From positions 280,798,001-280,862,000 of the forward strand of contig OZ024741.1 in the NCBI GenBank assembly GCA_964016885.1: a stretch of 64,000 nt of DNA, written 5' to 3'. Below the pieces are notes generated by a model. The model did not search any database. It saw only the letters and a list, made by a program, of their open reading frames with translations, and had not been told where the DNA came from. Source of the DNA: Eledone cirrhosa (Eukaryota). Of the stretch, positions 40,393 to 53,961 are shown one piece after another. Each line of letters opens with the position of its first letter. Positions within the stretch are counted from its first letter, which is position 1. A program made the translations under genes and the position numbers.

Positions 40393-40443
40393 AGCTTCTA
40401 CAGGACTAGAACTGTTTCATTCAAAAGAAATCATCAGGTAGCT
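40393..40443 (-). ncRNA. Type I hammerhead motif (family C)
   Basis: Minus strand: agctac CTGATGA tttc-tttt-gaat GAA ACAG ttctagtc CTGT A gaagct; 4-bp helix III and GUA triplet. Confidence 0.65.
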
Positions 40444-40490
40444 TTCTAGTTTAAAACTGATAATCCTGATTTATCTATATTTATATGTAC

Positions 40491-40533
<43 letters not shown>

Positions 40534-40536
<3 letters not shown>

Positions 40537-40869
40537 TCATCATTTCATTTTACGTCCGCTTTTTCCCTGCTTGCAAGGGTGGGACGGGAACTGATTTTGG
40601 CTTGATTTCTACAGCTGGATGCCCTTCCTAACACCAACCTCATTTACAGTGAGTGCTGGGTGCTTTTTTGCCGTGGCACCTCCACGACCACTTTGCAGTG
40701 GCATGATATGGACCCCAGTCCCTATCATCTCATTTCTACAGCTGAGTAAACTGGAGCAATGTGAAACAAAGTGTCTTGTTCAAGGAAACAACACATCACC
40801 TGGTCTGAGAATTGAACTCACAACCTTTCGATTGCAAGGCCAATGCTCTAACCACTAAGCCATGTGCCT
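40534..40869 (-). mobile_element. tRNA-headed SINE with RTE-derived tail (third copy)
   Basis: Reverse complement of 20566-20906. Confidence 0.82.
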
Positions 40870-42169
40870 ATATATTTATATAACGCTGGACTTTAGATAG
40901 TCAAATGCATTTAATTCCCAGATTTTAAAAGCTGTTGCTCTATCTTTGCATGTTAAAAAATGTGTATATATATGTATGTGTAGGACAGAGAAAGAGAAAG
41001 CATTGAAGTACTTTCTAATATAATACCACTCATACAATTTTAAACCATTTGTCTACACATATATTTCTGTTATGTTATAGTTCTTTAATTTTTTTTAATG
41101 TAATATTTTATGTTACATATTATCTGTTCTTTATCCAGCAAAATATTATATCTAAAAATGGGTTTGTTAACTCAAATGTTTCTAGTATTTTTACTAGTGG
41201 ACAGATCATTGTAAAAATGTGCAGTGTTATTAGCCCTTTCATGACTTCATTTCTAATGAAATACACTTTGTTTCAATTAATTAATGAAAACTTCTGAGAG
41301 ATTTATTAAAATTATTAATTATTTCATTACTAAGATAGTAACTTAATGTAAGGTTCTTATATAAAATTATGTAGATAGATTTTACTATAAATTGGAAACA
41401 TTTAAAATGAGTGACTTTATTTCATAGAACCAAAGCTGGTTTTGGCTGAGTTGGTAACAAAAAGGTTACAATTATGACCTTAAATTTTAATGTGATGCAG
41501 TCACAGTGCTGTTTTGTATTTCTCAAGACTAACTTGGTAATGTGGTTTCATGTGGTACAGGACGTTAATATAAAATTGGTTCTTGGTAACTTTTCATATT
41601 GACACCCATCACATGGCATTAAAACAATGTCTAAAGATATTTTATGGCCAGATCATTGGAGTAGAACCTGGTTGTTAAGTGATGTGTTTCTTTACCAATC
41701 CATCATGCATGAGAAGGTACATGGAAAGGAACCTGGTCATTAGGTGAGTGGGGGCTGTATAACATTTCTAACATAATACACATTATGAAGTGCAGCCACT
41801 AAAATTTAGTCACCATTCATTAATAAAACCCAACTTGCTTATTTCATTGAGGGTTTTTTTTTCTAGTAATTTTATGAATGAAAGTGTGAATTCAGCACCC
41901 CTACCCTACAATTTACTATTATGTATATCTTCACAAGTAAACTGATTACTTTTTATTCCCACCACATACATATACATACACTCTAGAATATTATTTGATC
42001 TTGGATTGTATGTCATAATTGTAAATAATACTTACTGCTCTGATTGGACCTATTTTAGCTATGATTTGTCTGGGGTCAAGGTCCCTTTTTGTCAGATTGT
42101 TTATATCAGGAATGCAGCAAACTTTGATCCCATTTATTCTACAGCAGAATAATTTAGCTATATATATTC

Positions 42170-43176
42170 AATTGCGCAGAGGGTTCTATAGAAATAGTGG
42201 ACAGCTTCCGTTACCTGGGCGATAAAATCAGCAGTGGGGGAGGGTGCTCTGAAAGTACTGTAGCTAGAGTCAGAACTGGTTGGAAAAAGTTCAGAGAGCT
42301 TATACCACTATTAGCTGCTAAAGGGTTCTCACTAAAAATGAAAGGCAGGTTGTACGATGCCTGCATACGAACAGCAATGCTGCATGGCAGTGAGACCTGG
42401 GCATTGTGTGCAGAGGATATACGCAGACTAGAGAGGAACGAAGCTTGCATGCTCCGCTGGATGTGTAACAGTAATATACGTGAACGGCAAAGCATAAACG
42501 AACTAAGGAAAAAATTAGAGATAAGAGGGATCAGATGTTGTTTACTCGAGAGAAGGCTACGTTGGTATGGACACGTGATGCGCATGAAAGTCGATAGCTG
42601 TATAACAAAGTGCAGGGCAATAAAGATAGACGGTAGTCACGGAATAGGCAGACCTAGAAAAACCTGGGACGAGCTGATAAACTCCGACATCACACACTTA
42701 CACCTCTCCAAGACAATGTCACTGGACCGAGACCTTTGGCGGTACTCAGTAACAGAGAAGACCCGCCTTACCTAAATATATAGTAAAACCTACTCCAGCC
42801 AGTAGGCATCTCTAACAAAATACACCCCGTCCCACCACCACCACCCCCACCCGATCCACACCACCCCGTTCTATGTAAAGTTATGTTGGTGCCGCGCCAT
42901 CGAGGCCGAAACAAATGAGATCGTGTAGGTGTCACGACAAAAAAACACACAGTCCACGCTGTAATGTGGCCGTGTAGGCAACACGGTAAAAACCTCCCAG
43001 ACCCACACTGTAAATGTGGTTGGTGTTAGGAAGGGCATCCAACTGTAGAAAACCTGCCAGACAGTCCTATGCGAGCAAGACAATCACTCTTGCCTCAAGT
43101 GGGACTACCCCCGTCCAAACCCATGCAAGCGTGGAACACGGACGTTAAACGTTGATGATGATGATGATGATGATGA
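42170..43176 (+). mobile_element. RTE LINE, 5'-truncated, open C-terminal frame
   Basis: ORF 42197-42775 FRYLGDKISSGGGCSE...RRLRWYGHVMRM, then 3' UTR and (GAT)n tail. Confidence 0.92.
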
Positions 43177-44361
43177 TATAAATCACTAATTGCAGCTGCA
43201 AAAAGTTATAAATATTCAGATATGACTTTCAGGAAGAAAAAATGGAAAGAAACTTCTACATATACAAAAAATTTACTAGGGAAAGGGTTTATAATGGAAA
43301 GAGGAAAATGTTTCATCATCATAAACATTTAAAATCTTAAAAACCACTTTGCATGGATTGAACTACATTTTTCTAGTGGAAACATCTGTAACATGGCACA
43401 TCACAGGACCCACTATAAAATAAGTTTCCTTTTGTTTTTGACTAAATACAAGTTCAAATAAGTTGAAATCAGAATCTTCATACTTAAACACCTTTTTCTG
43501 ATCCTGGAAAAGTGAAAACCTAAATATATGCCAACATAGTTTGAACTCAAGACAATCAAACATTAAACCAAATAGAAAATATCTAAGCTAACTCTTTACT
43601 ATTTGCACCAACATCATTACTCCTTCTAATCTAAGAAGCACCATAGCATTAAAAAAATATCAACAGAATGTATTGCAGCTATGGGCAAAATGCAGACCAT
43701 TTGGGTTTCTGAATGGCACGCCTAATTTCAAAATCGCCTTGAAGTTTTTAGTAGTGTGACCCACTTATGATGAGCTACATCCTATGCAGCCCACTGCTTG
43801 AAAAAGATTGCCATGCATAAACAACAAATCCTGCATGGAGGTAATGGTTAGCTTCTATCAACAAGAAAATATATGAAATCACTTGTGACTCAATAGAAAC
43901 TGATGTTATGAAAAATATGAATAATTAACCAAAAGGGTTTTTATGTATGTATGTATGCCCCCCCCCCCCCCACGCTATTGATAGAGTTGTAGGAGTGCCA
44001 TTGTGACATATGGCATGCTTGTCTGGAGTATTGAAAATCTGATAGAAACCATTCTTCCCTCTAGCTCTGAACACACCCAATTTCTACTTCAATAGTTGAC
44101 ATCAAATATATTTAAAAAAAACATCTGTTCTACTTAGAGACCTTGAAATGCTATTTTGATTTTGACCAAAATATTGGAAGAACACTTAATTATATTTCAT
44201 CAATTCAGTTAGGATATGATGGTGTAGTTTGCTTCCTGTAATGATTTAGTAGAAAACATCTAGTAGTCTGACTATTGTGAGAATTTGCAGCATTAGAGAA
44301 AAGACTAATTTTTCATGTTATGCAGTCAGTACAATTTGGTACCTTTTCAAGAATGCCTTAA

Positions 44362-44552
44362 CCCTTTAGCATTTAAACCGGCCATATACGGCCAGAATTC
44401 TTTCACCTCTTTCAGTTCAAACCGGTTATAGCCAGCTGCTCATACCGACGTTAAGGTATTGTTCTCAAAATAAATAATATCAAAATCTCTTAGATTCAAT
44501 ATTATGTGAGAAAATATAATAGTAAATATAGAGTAATGTAAATGCTAAAGGG
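44362..44552. mobile_element. piggyBac-type MITE
   Basis: TTAA|CCCTTTAGCATTTA ... TAAATGCTAAAGGG|TTAA. Confidence 0.85.
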
Positions 44553-46533
44553 TTAATATAGTTTCATGCAATAGAGGACATTAAAAATGATAAAACAAGA
44601 CAGTGTATATGAGATAAGAAGAGGCTGCTCATATGATACCAATACAGTGGAACAATCTAATCTGATAACATATGTTAATAAAGAACAGAATTATAGAGAC
44701 CTGGGAAAGAAATGAGCTCCTATAACAAAAGTGGATCTAGCGTATCTCTATTGAGACTGAAAGACAAGAAAACTGCTAACAAATAGTCCTTGCTCTTTCC
44801 CTCCTTTTCCTCTCATTTATGGCATTTATAGCCCTTTCCAATGCTGCTTTCTTTTCCTGTATGTTGACCAAATAATAAAACAATGCACCCAGAAATAAAA
44901 TGCTAGTTTTAGATAGATAAATATGTTGGAATATGCTCCTTCAGAAGCAAGAAAAGCTAAAGAAAGCAGGACATATGCAGGATATATCATTTGGTTTGTT
45001 GCTAAGATTAGTTTGTATCAGTAGATAAGACAAACTCAGCTTAAAGGCTGTGCCTAAAATATCACACACCACAGCAGGTAAAATAATTTATAAACAAGTA
45101 AATCACCAAACCTGAGATAAATTAGACAAATGGTGCTTGACAAATAAACACATAGCCAATAGTTATGGCATATTAATCAAGAAGGAATTTATAAACTCCA
45201 GCATGATTAACCCATAACATCCTGTAATGATTTAGTAGAAAATTTCTAAAGATGGGTTTGTTACTTCAAATGTTTATTGTATCTTCCGTCAATGTAGGTA
45301 GATTTCTCCTCTAGTAAACACTATTGTGTCAATAAGATGACAACTGAAACAAGGTTACCATCTTGATTTACAATGAGATTATCCACTTACTAAGGTGGCA
45401 AAATGGTTGAGTCTTTAGGGATCAGATTAAACACCTCTCAGTATTTGTTCCAGCTCACGGCACTCTGAGTTCAAATCCCACCAAAGTCAACTTTGACTTT
45501 CATCCTTTCAGGGTCAATAAATAAAGTACCAGTCCAGTACTGGGGGTCAATACTTTCTCCATCTTTCTTTCTTTCTCTGGAAGAAATCTAACATATTCCA
45601 ACTTGAAGAGGGATGGGTTCTGCCAGGTTTAACATATCTAGACAGTACCCCTATAACTCCATCAGGAGTTAAGAGCCCTTTTACTCTTACTATCTTCTTG
45701 CTCAATGACATTATATTATACCCTAACAGTTATGTTTTAGATTCACATTTACAGCAACCGCTATCAAAAATACAACATATCTAATACATATAAATACGTA
45801 TGTATAAATAAATATTGGATTGTACACTTAATCTGTCACCTGATTTAAAACAACCATCTGACCCTTGCGTACCTTTAGCAGAATCCACTTTGCTGCAAGC
45901 ATTTGGGCCAGGTACCCTGATTGGGGATACCTTCCTCCCTCCTTTCCACTAGCCTCAGAAGCCATGAAAAACATCCATGGACATTGTCTTTCCTTCCCGA
46001 CTAAACAATAAATACTAAACAAAGATTTACCAAGTGAAATGGCAATGACTTCTAATAGCATCCAATAATGACTCCTTTTTTATCTATAGATAAGAGGATG
46101 GATGAATACCATGTTTCTTCTTCGGCAGTCCTTGGTATTCATCTTGCTCCTTATCTATAGCCCATATTGAAATAGGAATGTTACATAACAGCCCTATTAC
46201 TTAAGGTTGGGAGGACCCTTCAGTCACGTCAAAGACATGACGGCCTCCCTAGTGTTGGTGACCAACACAATAAATGCACACGGTATATGCTGTAAAGTGG
46301 TTGGTGATAGGAAGAGTACCCAGCCAAAGAAAACTTGCCAAACAAAGGGATAGGAGGACCCTTCAGTTGTGTCAAAGACATAACAATCTCTTCTGTGCAC
46401 TCGGTATGTAAGGAAGATGCTGATCCCTGGCCTGTTTTGTAGATCAGTAGCCCCACTTCAGTACTGACTTGGTCTATATAGACCTGTCAAACCCTTGCTA
46501 GCAGGGAAAGCAAATGTTAAAATGCAATTATAA

Positions 46534-46568
<35 letters not shown>

Positions 46569-46814
46569 TCAGGATTTTACCGGTTTTAAACTAGTAAAAC
46601 CATTATTCACAGAGTACTCAATATTTGGGATAGTAGAGTGAAACTATATTAGAAAGAGTCAGGGCCCGATGGCTGAGCTCTTGCCGTTTCTCTTTTATAT
46701 ATATGTATATATAAATAAAAGAGGTTTAACAAACCACAAGCAGGATGTAGAATAAAGTGTCTTAGTTTAAGATTTAACAGAATGGTAGATAAAAGAGGAT
46801 GTGATAGTTCACAA

Positions 46815-47186
46815 AAGTTGGTAATCTAATATCTTAACCACAAGTTAGTAATATAATATCTTAACCACAAGTTGGTAATCTAATATCTTAACTACAAAAG
46901 TTGGTAATCTAATATCTTAACCACAAGTTGGTAATCTAAAATCTTAACCATGTTGGTAATCTAATATCTTAACCACAAGTTAGTAATGTAATATCTTAAC
47001 AAGTTAGTAATATAATATCTTAACCACAAGTTGGAAATGTAATATCTTAACCACAAGTTGGTAATCTAAAATCTTAACCATGTTGGTAATCTAATATCTT
47101 AACCACAAGTTGCTAATATAATATCTGAACCACAAGTTTGTAATATAATATCTTAACCACAAGTTGGTAATGTAATATTTTAACCA
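46815..47186. repeat. Minisatellite, ~28-bp unit (aagttggtaatctaatatcttaaccac), about 13 copies
   Basis: Directly visible. Confidence 0.92.
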
Positions 47187-47628
47187 TTTCTTCTAAATAC
47201 ACACACACAGTAAAATTTGAATTCCCAACAGTGAAGCACTGCATACCAAACTATACAATCAACTTCACCTCTCAACCTATTGTATTACCACACCTACTCT
47301 CAACAACAATTACTATAAATACTACTACTACTACAACAACTACTAAACTAAGCTTAGTTAAAATATAACAAAATAATCTAAAAATATAAATTTGTTTGTA
47401 AACAAGAGAAGATATGAGAAGGTGGAAGGGTGGGAGATGATCAAAAGTTCAGTATAGATGCCCTAACAATAGATGGAAACAAACAAAGAAACAATTTAGA
47501 CACAGGCATGGGTATGATTAAGGGGTTTACTTTGGAACCCTGATCGCACAGGACAAAGACAATGGAAAGACGGATGGTCCCATCTCCTCAGTCAACCTCT
47601 GGAAATCACTATGGTTTTGGTGCATTAA

Positions 47629-48046
47629 TCCTTTAGCATTTAAACTGGCCATATCTGGCCAGAATTCTCTTACCTATTTCTGTTCAAATTGGCCAAAACT
47701 GGCCGCTCATACTGATATTAACCCTTTAGCATTCACATTATTTTATATATACTATTATATTTTCATGGTAAAGGCTTTACCTCACATAATTATCTCACAT
47801 AATATTGAATCTATGATATTTTGAAAGTATTTATTTTGAGAACAATACCTTAACATCAGTTTGAGCGACCAGTTACAGCCAGTTTCAACAGAAAGAGGTA
47901 GAGAATTCTGGCCGGTTTGAACATCAAAGGGTTAAGGTATTGTTCTCAAAATAAATATCATCAAAATCTTGCGAGATAATTATGTAAGATAAAGCCCTTC
48001 CCACAAAATACAAGAGTAAATATAGAGTAATGCAAATGCTAAAGGG
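47629..48046. mobile_element. piggyBac-type MITE with a same-family copy nested inside (47722-47931)
   Basis: Outer element flanked by TTAA at 47625 and 48047; inner CCCTTTAG...CAAAGGG flanked by TTAA at 47718 and 47932, in opposite orientation. Confidence 0.82.
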
Positions 48047-49584
48047 TTAAGGTCAGTATCATCCATTCTAGTGCACGTTGGGACATAAAACAGGTAGAGA
48101 CAAGTTATGCCTTTAGGCAAATTAGACAAATATAGAGTGCACAAGGGCTTAGCCAAAGGAGAGAAATAGTATAACAAGAGAATAAAGACTGTTGTCCAAT
48201 GTGCAGACAAAGAAGGACACTGAGGAGTAGAAAAGGTAAGAAGGGAAAAAAGGGGAAAACAGGCTGGGCAGTGCAATGTCTAATATATGATAGTTTCATA
48301 TATGTATAGATATATATATTTCAAAAAACGTTGCAACCGGAGGAAGACAGGAAGACGATACTTTGGTTCGTGGAAACGTTCCCTGGCAAAGAACGGGAAA
48401 AAACGAATATAATACGTCATTAATAGGAGCGGTGAAAAACAATTACGCGCAAAGACAGAACCACGTTCTTATATATTTGATATATATTTATCCTTATCGA
48501 GCCCTCTTTGGATTTTAGTCTTCAAATTTATTATTATTACTATATATATATATATACATATATGTGTGTTTTGGAAAAATGAAGCTCTACAAATTAGTTT
48601 TTAGCCTATATAGTATTTGAGCTATTTAAGGTGTAATATGACTGAAAGAGTTTTAGTTTAGTCTATTCTTATATATATATATATATACCGAATCGGTCCA
48701 GAATTAGCCGTCGAAACGGCTTGAGCTCAGCCGTCGGGGTCCTACTCGTTCCTATATATATATATATATATACACACACTGTAAATGTGGTTGGTATTAG
48801 GAAGGGCATCCATTTATTAGAACCCTGGCTATATTTACAATCCTGTCGGAGCAAAGTACAACATGGCCAATTTTGGCCAGACTTGTCTCACATCGTGGAC
48901 GACACATGCAAGCATGAAAAATGGATGTTAAATGGTGATGATGATAATGATATATATATGACTGTCAATGTCTTAACTTTGAATGTAAATAAATCTAAAA
49001 CAAACCAAGCTATCCGCAAACATATATGATCAACTAAATCCCCTTTAAGGCAGTGCCCCGGCATGGCCACAGGCTAATAACTGAAACTAGTAAATGAAGA
49101 AGAGAATAAACAAAAGAAAAACCAATTTCCTAGCAGTTCTGGTGCCTGATTTGAAATGTTTTTTTCACTATACAGTGGTGGCCATAACTGGACCCCGAAA
49201 CCTAAGGTTGCATATACATGCTAAGTGCATGAAATTTTAATTACACTAAATAAGCTCTCTTGCAATAGATGGAGCATTGTTTTCCTTGACCTTTTATCTA
49301 CAGATATCCTGCACATATATATATATGTCACAATGCAAATGAACATAGTAATAGTTGATCATTATAAACAATAGTTGAGAAAATCTGGTAAAGCAACTTT
49401 GGAGATAGAAAAAAGTAGAGAGAGGCACCTGTGTCCACTTTTTTCTGTCTTCAGCTGTAATTTAACTGATTTTTTTCAAGTATTGTTATAGTCATTTAAG
49501 TTGGGATACACACACTCCAAATTCAAATTTTCCCAATGTTTCTTAAATCAACCATTTTACTATATATAAATATATATATATATA

Positions 49585-50560
49585 TAGGCTTCACATGTAA
49601 CAGCTGTGCTGGGACAGCAAGCAGCAAACAGCCACAGGAAACAAGTACCACCAAACTCTGGGAGGGCACTGTAGAAACAGTAGACAGCTTCTGCTACCTA
49701 GGTGACCGAATTAGCAGCAGAGGTGGGTGTTCAGAAAGTACAATAACTAGGGTAAGAATGGGATGGAAGAAGTTCAGGGAGCTACTGCCACTGGTAGCTG
49801 CAAAAGGCTTTTCCCTCAAAATGAAGGGCAGACTGTATGATGCGTGTATACAAACAGCAATGTTACATGGTAGTGAGACCTGGGCGCTGAAGGTGGAAGA
49901 TTAGAAAGAAACGAAGCCTGCATGCGCCGATGGATGTGTAATAGTAATATACGCGAACGGCAAAGCATAAATGAATTGAGAGACTGAGCATAAGAGGAAT
50001 CAAATGCTGTGTGCAGGAGAGGCGGTTGCGTTGGTATGCACATGTGATGCGTATGAAGGATGACAGCTGCATAAAAAGGTGCAGAACACTAGAAGTCGAT
50101 GGAAACCGCTGAGTGGGGAGACCCAAGAAGACCTGGGATGAGGTGATAAAAGCCGATCTTACCCAATTACACCTCTCAAAGGCGATGACACATGACCGTG
50201 ACTTCTGGCGTCACGCAGTAATACAGAAGACCCGACCCCCCACGGGTACAAGCCGAAGCTGAAGCATATAGACAATATGACCCCACACCCTCCCACTGCA
50301 AGTGGTCGTGGAGGTGCCACGGCAAAAAGCACCCAGCCCACACTGTAAAGTTGACGTGTAGGCGCCACGGAAAAAAGCACCTAGCACTCACTGTAAATGA
50401 GGTTGGTGTTAGGAAGGGCATCCAGCTGTAGAAATCAAGCCAGAATCAGTTCCCGTATGAGCAAGACAAGGTCAGCTGACCGGACACTGCTCACAACAGG
50501 ACAACCCATCTAACCCATGCTAGCGTGGAAGAACGAACGTAAAACAGTGATGATGATGAT
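49585..50560 (+). mobile_element. RTE LINE 3' fragment
   Basis: FTCNSC..VETVDSFCYLGD..RVRMGWKKFRELLP..AMLHGSETW, 3' UTR and (GAT)n tail. Confidence 0.9.
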
Positions 50561-50834
50561 ATATATGTGTGTGCGTGTGTAGAATTATGCCAATTATATA
50601 TACATGTGTGTGTATAATACATACAAGTCCATAACTGTCTATAGATATATACAAACATAGCTCAAACATTACAATTAGCCAGGCTTAGAACTTTTCTAAT
50701 AACAGCCTTTCTTCAACCTTTTGTAGTTAGAAAATTACACAGTAACCAAGAAAACAAGCAACAGCAGGCTTATAAAAAACACAATTAAATTACACTTAAG
50801 AGTTGTTTGACCACACACAACACAATTTATTACT

Positions 50835-51390
50835 AATGGGATGGTGCTGGTGCATCAAGGGCATGTTGATATCACAATAAAACACACCCAACACATTCTG
50901 TAATGTGGCCGTGTTAGTGTCATGATAAAACACAGCCAACTCCCTATGCAAAGAGGTACATGCTGGTGTTACAATAAACACACCTAATACACTCTGTAAA
51001 GTGGTAGCATTGATGTCACAATAAAGCACACCAAGCACCCTCTTTAAAGTAATAGTGATGATACCATGATAAACACACCAACCCACACTGTAAAGTGGTA
51101 GTATTGACATCATGATAAAATGCACCAAGTACTCTCTGTAAAGTGGTAGTGCAGGTGCCACGATAAACACTACCTAATCCAACATGTGATGTGGTAGTGT
51201 TGGAGCCATGATAAAATGCTCCCAGTGCAGACTGTAAAGTGGTTGGTATTAGGAATATCTAGTCATAGAAAGCAAGCCAAAAACAGAACATATGAGAAAA
51301 ACTTAGTCACCTGATAGGTCTAACCTCAAAATATGACAACCTGTCTAACTCAAGCAGGCATGGAAAATAGACCTTAAATGGTGATGATGA
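50835..51390 (+). repeat. Degenerate ~42-bp tandem array ending in an RTE-type tail
   Basis: About 9 copies of (cac)tgtaaagtggtagtgctggtgccatgataaaa.cacccag followed by ggttggtattaggaa...gatgatga. Confidence 0.75.
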
Positions 51391-53130
51391 AGGGAGAAGC
51401 TGGGTTTAAGAGGAATCCGAGTTAGTGCGCAGGAGAGAAGATTGCATTGGTACAGACATGTGATATGCAAGGATTAATGGGTAAAGAATTGCCAGGAAAT
51501 CTCAGTAGAAGGTAGTTGCAGTAGAAGTAGGCCAAGAAAAACTTGGGTAGAGGCGGTGAGAGCTGACCTCAAATTGCTGAGTCTCACAGGAGAGCTGAAG
51601 AAGGAACACGGCAAATGGAGAAATGCTGTGCTGAGAAAGACACGCCCAACCCAAGGACTAATTCCTTCCAACTGGATGAACTAGTGGCTCACTGTGATAC
51701 CATTCAACCAAGGTGTATTTGACATATAATACAATCCTGCTTCATCTATCAAGTCACCCTTACATCAGTAAAGCTTTCTTGCTATTTATATACCTATAAA
51801 TATACAACTTAATTATTAATACCTACTATATTGAGCATTAAACTAATTTATATCTTCATTGTACTATATTGTTTACTGCATTCTTTTCCCTTTATTTCTT
51901 GCACACACACACACACATATATATTTATACCATTTCTGTTGTGTAGTTTATAGTGTTTTCGCAACATTAAAACTTTAAAAGAATACCTCCAGCCTGGCCT
52001 TCTGTTGTTTTTAAATGGGTGTGTATCATCATCATCATCGTTTAACGTCCATCTTCCACGCTAGCATGGGTTTGGACGGGAATTTTCCCACTTGAGGCAA
52101 GATTGGTTGTCTTGCTCGTATAGGACTGTCTGGCGGGTTTTCTACAGCTGGATGCCCTTCCTAACACACACACATGTATATATAGATAGATAGATAGATA
52201 GATAGAGAGAGAGACTTGAATTCCACCTATTTGGCAAGTATTTGATCTATCTTGTGTTAAACTTAATAGTTTGGAGATAGAAATTACATTAGCAATATAC
52301 TGTTTGTGATAGTAACTTTATATTATTATTCCAACAACAAATACCATTAAATTTGAAGGCACATGGCCTAGTGTTTAGGCTGTTGAACTCACAATCATAA
52401 AGCCATGGGTTCAATTTCTGGAATAGGTGACGCATTGTGTTTTTGAGCAAGACACTTTATTACGTGTTGCTCAGTCCAATCTACTCACCTGGATAAAAAA
52501 AAAAGAACCAGGGAGCAACAGCTAGTGGTCAACACCTGCAGTGGACCATCATTTGGTCCACTGCAGGTGTTGGTGGGGAAGGGTCTTTTCATGATAGGAC
52601 TGGGAAAGGGGTCCGCTATCATGAAAACACCAAGAAACCTCCTATGAGATGTAACCTTATAGAAGGCCAGCTAAACCTCGACAGGTGAGAACTGTAAGAG
52701 CAACAACAACAATATATCATTAAGTACTGAAGTGTTGCATCATATATCCCTGACCTGGTCACTCACTGATATACAACTTCACTGTATCTCAGTGATTAAG
52801 CTGTTGCTGGTGTACAATAAAAGAACTTTCCAATACAGTTGTAGCTGGAGACTGTTACAAAATAACAATAGAAAAAGCAAACTAGTTAACTCAACAGTGT
52901 ATGTATAACTTAAATTGCTCTACCAAAATTCTATTCTTTTAGTTTTAACAATCTCATATCAAATCGTTAACAGGTGGAATTAAAAATGACACAAATATAT
53001 GTGTGTGCTTGTTTGTATATACATACACACACATACGTGTATATATATATGTCTGTGTGTGTTTGAGTCCCGGGTTCAATAAGGGGTAACCGCAGTAAGG
53101 TACTCAATACATTAGTAGAGTGTATACAAT

Positions 53131-53216
53131 AAATTTAATATAAAAATGGCTTTCCTGATGATTTCCTTTGAATGAAACAGTTCTAGTCATGTCGAAGCCA
53201 TTTCTATATTAAATTT
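53131..53216 (+). ncRNA. Type I hammerhead motif (family C) with extended stem I
   Basis: aaatttaatataaaaatggctttc CTGATGA tttc-cttt-gaat GAA ACA gttctagtca TGT C gaagccatttctatattaaattt; GUC triplet at 53191-53193. Confidence 0.72.
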
Positions 53217-53617
53217 GTTATATATATATTTGTATTGGTGACATGACAAAAAGCGCCCAGCCCACACTGTACAGTGTTCGTGTAGGTGTCACAATAAAAA
53301 GCACCCAGTACACACTGTAAATGTGGTTGGCATTAGGGAGGGTATCCAGCCATAGAAACCAAGCCAAAATCAGTTCTGTATGAGCAGGACATAGTCACTG
53401 GATCTAGCTTCTCTTACAACAGGACAGACAACTCGTCTAACCCATGCTAGCATAGCAAAATGGACGTTAAACAGACATGATGATGATATATATACATAGC
53501 ATATATATATCATTTGTTTGTGATTTCCAGCCATGACCCACTCACTCAATAAGATGATAAGCTTACAGTTGAGAAACTGCATCTTAAAATACAGAGTGCA
53601 CACAAATAATTAGTGAG

Positions 53618-53653
<36 letters not shown>

Positions 53654-53961
53654 TATATTATTTATGTTCACATTACCTAAGATTTCAAGGCCAAAATATT
53701 GACCATATCTCCAGATTGTACGACGGATCAAAATTTGGGCTTTGAAATCTTAAGTAGCTTTTTTGTTCCGTGTATGAATGTAAATAAATAATATAATATA
53801 TCAGTTCTAATATCTGATAGAACAATGTTTTCCTTTTTCACTCCTACAGATATTTGTATGTATGTGTATATATATATATATAGTTGAAAATGAACGAACA
53901 AAACCCAGGAGGCAATTGTACACAGTTATATTAGGTTCATGCTTGGTGGAAGTGGAGGAGG

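Noticed and set aside
41561-41742. Possible plus-strand exon (cag|GAC ... TAG|gtgagt)
   Set aside because: Weak acceptor, no clean reading frame or recognisable homology; cannot be supported without transcripts.
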